DNA of 46,143 bases from Octopus bimaculoides. Its lineage: Eukaryota. Below, piece after piece: positions 36,219 through 46,143 of the stretch (position 1 is the first letter of the stretch; every line of letters starts with the position of its first letter). Below the pieces are notes generated by a model, which worked only from the letters and a program-made list of their open reading frames with translations, was not told the DNA's origin and made no database searches. The position numbers and the translations under genes were made by a program. The DNA is taken from NCBI RefSeq assembly GCF_001194135.2, contig NC_068981.1, positions 145,280,669 to 145,326,811 on the forward strand, read 5' to 3'.

Positions 36219-38124
36219 GTAAGATATAATTTAATCACAATCACTAAAAAGAATTCATTGTACTTCTTTTTTAGTGCTAATCATGAACTGTCGCTGGTGT
36301 GGCAGTGACCGACATCAGTAAATTGTTGAAGAAAAAGTTTTAAATTAATTTCAAAAGCTCATCATCCAAAACCGTTCTACTGTTCGATTTTTAAATATTA
36401 ATTTCTATCTTCAGGTATTGATTTCTCAAGCTATTATTGGTTTTCTTTTACTTTTTTCTACTTACTTACAAAAGCAAACGAGTGTTGGTGTTTTAATTCT
36501 AGTAAAAAAATTTTTTTATGCTTCAAGAGCTAAATGTTATTAGATTGTCCACAGCAGCTATTTTTAATGTCGACTCCATTTTACAAATGATAATTTGATT
36601 GACAAGTATTCAGTACGTACGATCCTATCGTACTCTAGGCCCAGAGACTGACTTAAATTTCGGAACTGCAGACAAAAGACATGTTCGTTAATCTTTCAAT
36701 GTTTAAATGTATTTGTTTACAGTTAAGTGAAATGAGCCGCTGAGAATTTGGTGCTTTAATCTTGGCCAAGTACGGCATCAGCAGTGATAGAATATGATAT
36801 AGCGACTGTTTATTGTCTAACACCCGATTAAGTAGACAGAGCTCTGTTTGAATCGCTTTTAAACGGACAGAATAAACATTACCATTGGAATAGAATGGTA
36901 GCCAACTGCAGATAAGTGATTACTTCGATTTGCTGAAGAGTTAGATCAAAATTCACCCAATTAACTTGTCAGTTTCAAACCAGAATCTCTAGATACGCAT
37001 TTCTTTTATTGATGACAAACAAGATAAAAGAAAATTTCCTGTCAATAAGGTCGTCGGATCATAGGTAAAGTCAGAATGCAGTGATCGAAATATATATAAT
37101 AACAACAGTGACTGTCCCGAAAATATATTTTAAAAGGTTTTGTAAACATTTGGTGAAGTGTTTAACCATGTTTTTGTTGACATATGCTAGGCAGCAATCA
37201 CTTTATCTGAACTCATGATTTTTCATTTATTTTCTATATTAATTTTTATAATAGTTATTTTATTTTTTGTTTTGTTGTTGGTCGTGATAAGATTTACTTC
37301 AGCAGCATTTTTTAGCACAAACGACCACACTCCCTGAATCTAGTTCTACTGAATTAAGAAAAATTATAACAATCGGGAACTCTTTTATAATAAATAGGTT
37401 TCTCTCTTACTAGCCCGCTACCTTATTGAATCCAATCTACTCATTTATTCTGACAAGGAACAAGGCCAGTGTTTAGCAGTTTTTAATCGAAAATAGCATG
37501 GAATAAACATGCATTAAAAGAAAACAAATTAAATTCACATACTCGATAAAGGAAAACGTCAAGCTATTTTCGTTCTTTGGATCTGACCAGAATTCTAAGT
37601 AGCTGCACAGTTACAACTAAAAGTGGAACAAAGTAAGCTTTAATTAATACATATATCGATCGCATCGTGTGGAGTTGAGTATATTGTAAACTGATATGGT
37701 TTTGTGTTTAGCTATTGTATTTATTTTATTATTAATGCAAGCAAAACAAATCTTTATTGTTCTTTTCTTTTTAACATATTATCAGTTATCGGGACATGTA
37801 TTTTCATATAAATCCACAAACAATAGTGTTGATATATATTCATAATTGCTTGAGGTAGTGTTCCAGCATGACCACAACTTTCATCTTGTTCGAAGCAACT
37901 AAAGAGAAAAACAAGTTAGATTTGTAAGAATAAGCATTATTTTTACATGTCAACAAGTTTAACGAGATTCAGCAATAAGTATGAATCTACGTTACCGTCA
38001 GACCAGCCATAGGCAAACGGGATATGTTTACATAGAATGGATATAGAATTTAACCACCACCTTCGAGTATTTGAGTTCAGACTTGTCCTAAAAGTTATTA
38101 TTGTTGTTATTAAGTACCGATTTA

Positions 38125-38260
38125 TAGGGTAGCAAAAACGTGGGGACGTCGAGCGAAATGCCTCGCAGTATATATTTCCCCTCCTTACATACTGAATTCA
38201 AATCCAACTAAGGTCAAGTTAGTTTTCTATTCTTCTGGGCCAATAAATGAAGTACCAGTT
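38125..38260 (+). mobile_element. SINE family 2, old degenerate copy
   Basis: gagcgaaatgcctcgcagta...ctgaattcaaatcc...ggtcaag...aataaatgaagtaccag. Confidence 0.55.
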
Positions 38261-39164
38261 TGTGGTGGTAGACCGATGAGATCTGTTTTGTCGAACAGGA
38301 TGCCTTGCAATATTTGTTCCGATTCTCTGTATAAAAATCTTGCTGTAGCCTACTGGGTGGTAGATTTAGTCGTCATGTACTTAAACACGATCACCCGACC
38401 TTTGAGGGCCTTTTAGCTGAGTTCACATTGTTTCAAGAAATGTCGAAGTCCTTGAAAAGAACTATGACACGTTCCTACCTTCGTATGCGATAAAAACAGA
38501 TCTGCCTTGATTAAGCAAACATTTCATCTAGGATGTTCGAGTTGTAACTATCCTAGGTTTTTTTTTTCGCTTTCTTTTTTTGCTTTTTTCCTGATATAGT
38601 TTATGGCGAATTACATTATCTAATGACGCTTTTCTTATTTTAGACGACAGAATATTAGAAATTATAGTCATTGTATATATATATGGTGGTTGCCTAACAC
38701 GTTACCCAACTTAACACAAAAAGCTTGAAAGTAGGTATTTTTAAAGAACTTCAGTCTATGGCATTTATTCAGAGCAAACACGTGCTCTACCAATAAGTTA
38801 TCTGTCTACCAACATTTAATCCGCAGATATCACCATCATCTTCAACTGTTTGCCTGAAATCAATAGTTCTTAATCTTCTTGCGACCGATTGATCGGTCTA
38901 TATGATACAAGCTGAAAGGACTTTGAGGCCGATCCATAATAGCCAATTAGGAATCGTCTTTCGGTAGATGCCATATAAAACTATATAATATATGTAGTTT
39001 TACATACTAATAAAGTAGTTGTTTTAGGTACTTTATCCTTTATTTTCTACATGCATCCATCAATTTCAATCTCAACAGAAAAAAACTTGGGTCCTTTTTG
39101 GCTATATATACCAAAACCCGTGTGTGTCAAAAGGGTTACAGGAAAATAAAATAGTAAATATAAT

Positions 39165-39520
39165 GGCACAGGTGTGACTGTAAGGTAAGAAGTATGCTTT
39201 GCAACAGCTTGGTTCCGGGTTCAGTACCACAGCGTGACAACTTGGGCAAGTGTCTTCTGTAGCTTCGGGGCGACCAAAACTTTGTGAGTGGATTTGATAG
39301 ACGGAAACTTAAAGAAGTCCGTTGCGTGTGTGTGTGTGTGTGTCTGTTCAGTTGACAACTGGTGTGTTTACATCCCTGTAACTTAGCAGTTCAGCAAAGA
39401 GACCAATAGAGTAAGTACCAAGCTTTAAAAAATAAGTACTAGAGTCGATTCATTCGACTAAATATTCCTCAAGGTGGTGCCCCGACATCACCACAGTTTA
39501 ATGACTGAAACAAGTAAAAG
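39165..39520 (+). mobile_element. SINE family 1, full length
   Basis: Head ggcacaggtgtgactgtaaggtaag...gggttcagtacc, body cttgggcaagtgtcttc, (TG)n, tail to gactgaaacaagtaaaag. Confidence 0.88.
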
Positions 39521-40209
39521 TTAAGATATAGCTGTAGTGATGTAATTGACACAAAAGTTGTACTATAACTCATCATGCAGAGGTAATAGGAAATGCTACT
39601 AACTTTGATGTAAGTACTTCTAAAATATTGCGTCAGAAATTTACCAAGTATCATTACGTAGTTGACGAGATGAAAACTTCACATACATACATGCACACAA
39701 GAAAATTAAGAATTTAAGAAAAGCAGTCTGAATAACGAAAAACATGTTCATTAAAGTAGCTTTCTTAATCAGCTCTATTTATTTCCATCAAAGTGTAAAT
39801 ACATTAAAGGATTATATCTAGAATGAAATTCCTTCCAGAGATATCCATTTTTTATCGCTCTTGTTTTTTGTTGGGAGTTTTTTTTTTTTATTTTTTGCTC
39901 TTTTTTTTCACACTATATCATATATATTGCCTGAATATATTTCCTTCCTTTTCGAACATTAAATTAGAAAGTAAGAATGGTTATCATACATAATGATTAA
40001 TGCAAATGTGGTGTGCTGTTAACCTTCCTTACTATATGATTGTTTCAATGTAAGAGCAGGAAAGCTTTTAGAATATATTCTCCTCTAAAATACACATTTC
40101 TTTATTTATTTGTCTCTTTTCAATATGCGAATATCATGCAATGGCCAACTCAAACACATTTATTCCTTATATGTGTATTTATACGTATGTATCCGTGTAT
40201 GTGGGTATG

Positions 40210-40212
<3 letters not shown>

Positions 40213-40289
<77 letters not shown>

Positions 40290-40290
40290 A
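40213..40290. repeat. (CA)n(TA)n microsatellite
   Basis: Directly visible. Confidence 0.97.
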
Positions 40291-40370
40291 TTGTTAAAGG
40301 GGACAACAAACGTTAAGACAAGATAAACATCTCAAGTCATATACATTATTATTACTGGAAAAATTCAAAG

Positions 40371-40424
40371 ACTTACACCTGTTTCTGGGATATCACAGAA
40401 GATGGGATATTCCGTCATCGGAGA
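40371..40424 (-). ncRNA. Degenerate minimal type I hammerhead ribozyme motif (Penelope pseudo-LTR type)
   Basis: Minus strand: tct CCGATGA cggaatatc ccatcttctgt gatatccca GAAAC aggt GTA agt. Core boxes are in the right order, stem II has 7/9 pairs, stem III is short with a GUA triplet, and stem I has 2 pairs. It deviates from the consensus (U4C, mismatches). Confidence 0.55.
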
Positions 40425-40703
40425 TAAATCGGGGAAATGAGAAGGGTATAGATTAATGAAATGATAGCATAGAGTACAGGAGTAAAAGAATAAGGAGATG
40501 AAGAGAAGAAAGAGAAAAAAACAAGCATAAAAGTTCACATACATATATGTACGTATGCACAAAAACACATATATACACATATATATACACACATATGTAT
40601 ACACACATACATATACACACACATATATATATACACATATGTATATATACATATATATACATATATATATAGATAGATAGATACATACATACATATATAT
40701 ATA

Positions 40704-41309
40704 TCTACTACATATGTGGGAAATTCTGTCTGTAGATGTGTTTGTGGAGTTGTCAGCTAACTCCTCCTACATCGTTTTATCGATTTTGATGAAACTTGAC
40801 ACGTGAGTAGAACTCATGTCTGGAAAGCTCATGGCATACTCTGATTGTTAGAAAAAATCGATAATAGGGCCCCTAGAAGGGATCCTTATATATATATATC
40901 TAATATATTTTATTTTCAAAGGCATGGGAAATAACCCATTCATTTCCCTAAATTATTTGGAATAAATCAAATTGAGTATGCTTATTTTTTAGTATTTGAA
41001 CTGTTAGAGTTATTTTCGCAATTTATCCAGTACAACCCTTAAACAAGTAAATAGTTATTTCTTAAACAGATCCACTTATTTCGGTTAGTGACTTATTCAC
41101 GTATATACCAACACTAGCGCTGCTGAGGGTAATATTCTCTGGGAACTCACAAAAGTCCTTTTCAAGGTTATTTGAATTGTTATTATCCCATATCTGATTT
41201 GCCTGTTATTACGTAATATGCTTCACGATTTTAGTATACATAAATTATTAGTATTTCTTCTTATATTCTATATACTCCGGGCACGCATTAAAGCCCTTTT
41301 CAGGGCTAC
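40704..41309 (+). mobile_element. Probable non-autonomous Helitron/Helentron-like element
   Basis: Begins A|TCtactacata after a TA tract and contains ctaactcctcctacatcgttttatcgattttgatgaaacttgacac, resembling Helitron-N/DINE-1-like cores. A GC hairpin region ccgggcacgcattaaagcccttttcagggctact lies at the putative 3' end. Boundaries are uncertain. Confidence 0.5.
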
Positions 41310-41996
41310 TATATTTGAATTTTTATTATAGGGTAACTAATTTCATGTTATTACATAACTGACTTCACAATTTGGGTATTCATAACTTATTTGGAACTCC
41401 TAAACACATCATTCTGTGTAAGACAGTTCGGTATTCTGTGTACATGAACAAAAACCGTTTTAAGAGCTACCTACTTTGTATTGTTGTTCTTGGGTTAGCG
41501 AAACAAATATGAGAACGGAACAATGTAATCTTCTCAAATGGGAAAGAAAGAAATAAACCAAACTCATTAAGAAGGCATTTTAACAGAATGTGATGGATGT
41601 TAATTTACTGATGTTGTCTTCATTGAATATATTTTCCTGATCGCACACTTCTGAAGGAGCAATCATCTGCGTAAATATAAAATTTGTGTGCTTGCTTAAG
41701 CGTTTGTATCTAGTTTCAATATGTGTCTATAATCATCCATTAATCCATTACTACACAGTACGTACGACGAAGAAAGTAATCTTAACTGTTTTGCTCAAGG
41801 ACACAGTACCACATCCGTCATTAGATATTACGTTGTATTTCTCTTATAATGTATTCAGCATCTTATCTGAACTATTCATATTTTGCTTCCATTTTTGTTC
41901 TCTCTCTCTCAAAATGTTCGTTTGTATAATATCAAGAATTTTTCGAATATTTCTCCTACAAGCTGGTGTGTATAGTATTTTTGGTTTTACTTTCAG

Positions 41997-42153
41997 CATT
42001 GGCAGTGTAAACTATTTTTCATCATATTCCACTACTTACTCGGTTCGAATTACATGTGGATATTTGTCGAGGCCCTCTACCTGCACACTCTCATATCAAT
42101 AGCAGTTTTCTCCAAAACAAGTGGAACAGTATGGTACATCATCTTTGGATGGG
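41997..42153 (+). CDS. Class B1 GPCR exon: TM3, ICL2 and start of TM4
   Basis: Acceptor ttttactttcag and donor G|gtaact. Reads HWQCKLFFIIFHYLLGSNYMWIFVEALYLHTLISIAVFSKTSGTVWYIIFGW(G), containing the C-K...N-Y-x-W-x-x-V-E-x-L-Y-L-H and G-W-G motifs. 157 nt, phase 0 in, phase 1 out. Confidence 0.97.
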
Positions 42154-43361
42154 GTAACTATGAACTTCTCTACCTTTCTCTTAGTTTTCTTTGTTTATTT
42201 TTGATTTTCTTTTGTATTTTTTTAGTCAGTGATAGAAGACACATGACTCTTTTTAGAGCCTCCGAAATCGGTGAGAATAAATGCATGAAGTTATCGTCAG
42301 AATAGAGGCCTGACCTAAAACGTTGCAATAGAAAGGACTACTCTAACATAATTGAAATCTTTCAGACACTAGATTGCTCTATCATACATAGTAACATACC
42401 ACCCTGTTCAACACTAAAGGTTGTTTTATCCAATGGTAAGATGACTATACAGTGGTTATCTCAACTTGAAATAGCAGTGAAATTTACCATAAATCACACG
42501 CTGTTGTCCATTTTAAACGGTTAAACGCGGTAATGCTACTGCGACACACGCAAACTTCCTACACTATATAAACGAAGGACATTCATCTTATATTGTATAA
42601 ATGGGTGTATTTTTGCGTATGAGTATACGTATATGTATGTACGTATATGTGTATGCATATATATGTACGTATATACATATATGTATGACGTGTGTGCGTG
42701 TGTGTACTCATGCTTTTGTTTCCAAATAAAAGAAAACTAATCAATACATGTATAGAACTTATATTTATTAAATACCAGTTGTTCAATTCCGTTGCTATTC
42801 AGAGTTACGCAACATGCGCTCATTTAAGCAACCACGAAATAAATGAAGGGTTATAAGGAAGAGTAATAGTGACATACACCGTTCAAGTTGAAACACGTTA
42901 GAGAAAACTGATAAGGTGGCTAGAGATAATTCTAATATTGTACTAAGCTGTATTAATATAGGGAGAGCACTCATATCTGACCTACGAGTATCAGGGGCAG
43001 TTACTTGGCAACGTTTAAAGTGTATCGGCTGTGATAGCTACAGAGTTTCTGTAAGCGATTCGAAAATGGTGACTAACGGACTAAAACTCGTATCTTCTAT
43101 TCAGAACGACACTGATCGTTGTTTTTGGAGTTTGGAATGTGTTAATTAAGCATAGCCGACACTTTTGTGCCCCGTTATACAACATCATTCGCCAATGACG
43201 CATCATGTTATTGGGCACATATAGATCTGCAGGTACTAGTGTTCACAAACGAAATAAAAAACGAATAGAGAATTCTTCTCTTTCTTCGATCTCTATGAGC
43301 GTAAATGCTGGCGAAGTTGGTTCTTGAATGTGTTTAAGTCCCATATTAATAGCAGTGTGTT

Positions 43362-43435
<74 letters not shown>

Positions 43436-43649
43436 ATGTACATATGCGAAGGTTACAACTTAATAACCACAAACTGTAATAAGCCAGTAACACACGCAAA
43501 CAGCTCTTCATTTGGAAAATTAAAGTATGAAAATCTAAAAATATTTATGATGATGGCTTAGAAAGTTAACTACTCCAAATAAATTCATGTGAAAATATGA
43601 ATTACCTCGACAGCAAAAAAAGATAAAGCTAGCAAACACCTGCGTTTTC

Positions 43650-43732
43650 AAGTGTGCGTGTGTGTGCGTGCGTGCGTGTGTGCGTGTGTGCGTGCGTACG
43701 TGCGTGCGTGCGTGCGTGCGTGTATGTGTGTG
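43650..43732. repeat. (GTGC)n/(GT)n alternating purine-pyrimidine tract
   Basis: Directly visible. Confidence 0.93.
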
Positions 43733-45344
43733 TACACTTTATATTGAAATTTCACAAATTACGTATCTGATTTTCAAATTTTGCCGTTTCTCATGCAGCA
43801 AAAGAAATTTATCGAGTTATATATTCAGATATCATATCAAAACTGTTGGATATACGACATACATTAATTAGAGAAGACTTTACTTTTCTTTACTTTTCTA
43901 TTGTAATAGAATAATAGAATTATTCAAGACCATTCAACGATCACCTGCTAGATATTTTTAAATATTTCAATCAAAATTTCAATTTGTGACAACAAAAACA
44001 CTAATGTACGTTAACAACAAAAAAAATCCTTTCGATTTGTTTGGAGAGTGCAACAATATGATACGAGGCTCCCGACTTTTAACCGTTATGCCTTTTAAAA
44101 TATTCTTACAAAAATACCGAAGTCTGATGGCAAAAAGAATTAGCGCTGAACGGATACTTGATTTAGATTTCGTACAGAACAAAATGTTTTTATGAAGATT
44201 TCACAACTACCGTTATTCATCGATATAACAAGATTTTCAAATTATTTTAGAGTTTCTACTACTGTTATATCTTAAAATCAAATGAACTTCGATAAATTTC
44301 TCTCAGATGAATGAAATAAGTAGATGTGTTCAAATAATGTAAATTATTTCATGGACATTTCACAGGGTCAAAACAAGGGTGAAGAATGACTGCAGGGAGT
44401 TTGTTTAACATATTTGTCGTTAATATTTGCTGTTTTTGTAGCATAAACAATGCAACTGAAACTTAATATAGCATTATTCCAATTAAAAATTTACACATAT
44501 TATTTTGAAAAAATGTTTATCCAATTAAAAGAAATATTTAGTGATGTTTATACTCACTTTGAAACTGAATGTAACATTAAACCAAATTACTTAGCGTTTT
44601 CTTTCGTTGCATATTTGACAATTGATATTATTTATATAAATAAGTTTATCTTTAAAAACAACATCTTAATACCTCATCGTAATAATGAGTCACTTTGATG
44701 AAAGAAGATATATCTGATAAAATACAATTTTCTCCAAATTATTTATAATGCCAGGCGGATGATTTGAAGGAATAAATATTATGTCACTTTTGATCTAACG
44801 AGGTGGGAAGTATTTAATGATTTCTAAATTTAAGAGAGTATCCAAGCTATTAAATATATATAAATTTGTATCAGCAATAATCTTCCGATATAAATCTTTA
44901 AGCTATCTAATTTTGTTAAGCATTAATACGACGTGTTCCAAAGAGACCAACGTTTCGATATAACCCGAATTGTAAATTATTAGACTTATGTAATATATGT
45001 AAAATATAAAGACCATTCTCACAAATTTCTTAGTTTGCTATCGCTACAACATAAAAATTAGCATCACTCTTTTTCATCCATAGATCGTGATCAAAGGTCC
45101 GCAAGGATGCTGCATGCATCCTTATTCTGAGTCAATTATTGAAATATAATTCCTTGCAAAAGCCAATATCATACTGAGTAGATTTATCAAAAAAAATTGT
45201 TAATTTTATCATCAGGCTCTTTAATATTTTAAGCATAAATTTTTATTTATTTATTTTATCTCTCTTCTGATTATCTTATCTTTTCAATTGAATTATTTCA
45301 AAACATTTTAGTTTACAGTTTATTTCTCACTTCATATATTTCTC

Positions 45345-45891
45345 ACTGGTGATGAAAAATGGATTGTTTAGAATAACATCAATCGAAAACGATCATGGTC
45401 CAAGCGTAATGAACCAGCACAAACCATATTGAAAGCTCAATTGCATCAAAAAATGGTCATGCATCAATTTGGTGGAATTACAAAGGTGTTGTGTATTTTG
45501 AGCTGCTTTTAAGGAACCAAATAATCAATTCAGATGTTTACTGTCAACAACTAATGGAACTGGAGGAAGCAATCAAAGAAAAACTGCCAGAATCGGCAAA
45601 TCGTAGACCACACACTTCTTTGCTAACACGTGAAAAATAACTGGAGCTTGGTTGGGAATTGTTGTCCCATCCACCATATGGCCGTGACCTTGCACCATCA
45701 GATTACCATTTATTTCGAAATTTGCAAAATTCTTTGAATGGTAAAACTTTCAATAATGATGATGGCCTCAAATCGCACTTATTTCAGTTTTTGGCTAATA
45801 AGGACCTGAAGTTCTATGAGCGCGGAATCATGAAGTTGCCAGAAAGATGGCAAAAGGTCATTGAACAAATGGAAAATATATAATTGATTAA
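45345..45891 (+). mobile_element. Mariner (DD34D) transposase pseudogene, catalytic domain
   Basis: TGDEKWIV*NN...WWNYKGVVYFELL...YCQQLMELEEAIKEK...LGWELLSHPPYGRDLAPSDYHLFRNLQNSLNGKTF...GIMKLPERWQKVIEQ, with stops, frameshifts and an internal deletion. Confidence 0.95.
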
Positions 45892-46143
45892 AATTCATTC
45901 TTTGTATGGAAAAAAAAAACGTAGTCAACTCAGCCTTTTCCAATCAAGACAGGAGCGTTTCATGTCAACTTGGAATGGCTGAAACTGACTAGTCAGCAAC
46001 TTTTCGATTTTCACATTCGTTCGTTTTCCTCTCTCTTTTCTTGCAATTAGAAAGTAGTAATAAAGTATCAGTAACAATATACATACAACATAAATTAATT
46101 GGGCAGAAAGGTAAAGTTAAACAGTCTAAAATTACTTAAATTT

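Noticed and set aside
41859-41996. Alternative acceptor gtattcag|cat 138 nt (in frame) upstream of the TM3 exon
   Set aside because: It reads CAT CTT ATC TGA, an immediate stop, so it cannot extend the protein; there is no evidence of use.
43093-43149. ttctattcag|aacgacactgatcgttgtttttgg (NDTDRCFW) as the next TM4/ECL2 exon
   Set aside because: The next exon must start in phase 1, which gives an immediate TGA, and the TM4 P-x-x-F-V motif is absent.
40-43871. Numerous ORF-track entries rich in CV, HT, YI, LS, poly-V, poly-T or X
   Set aside because: They are translations of microsatellites, SINEs or N gaps, with no splice or domain support.
43979-44195. Overlapping 67-69 aa ORFs (KKNPFD) as an RT fragment
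   Set aside because: Only one weak motif similarity, which is insufficient.
45905-45995. cagcc...ggctgaaactgactagtcag as a ribozyme-like fold
   Set aside because: It has GAAA and a hairpin but lacks the CUGANGA box.
1-46143. CRISPR array or prokaryotic operon
   Set aside because: There are no regularly spaced repeat-spacer units and no dense ORFs; the sequence is spliced animal DNA.

Overview
AT-rich, repeat-dense animal genomic DNA with seven N-gaps. The SINE families and heavy CA/TA/GATA microsatellite load suggest a coleoid cephalopod, probably Octopus (inference). The one host gene I can support is four + strand coding exons (20895-21013, 29835-29929, 36053-36218, 41997-42153). They splice in frame through canonical GT-AG introns and encode part of a class B1 (secretin-family) GPCR, from the end of the hormone-binding ectodomain to the start of TM4. 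Its best resemblance is to PTH-receptor-like invertebrate receptors. The 5' and 3' exons were not found. The remainder is intronic: many tRNA-derived SINEs of several modular families (some with clear target-site duplications), five or six Tc1/mariner/pogo relics, two Penelope-like retroelement fragments (RT; linker plus GIY-YIG), a probable non-autonomous Helitron, a LINE-like 3' end and simple repeats. The most notable hidden signals are a degenerate Penelope-type minimal hammerhead ribozyme motif (40371-40424, minus) and closely spaced inverted SINE pairs that would form long dsRNA in the receptor pre-mRNA. I found no convincing evidence for a wholly new biological system. Almost all ORFs in the supplied track are repeat-derived noise.
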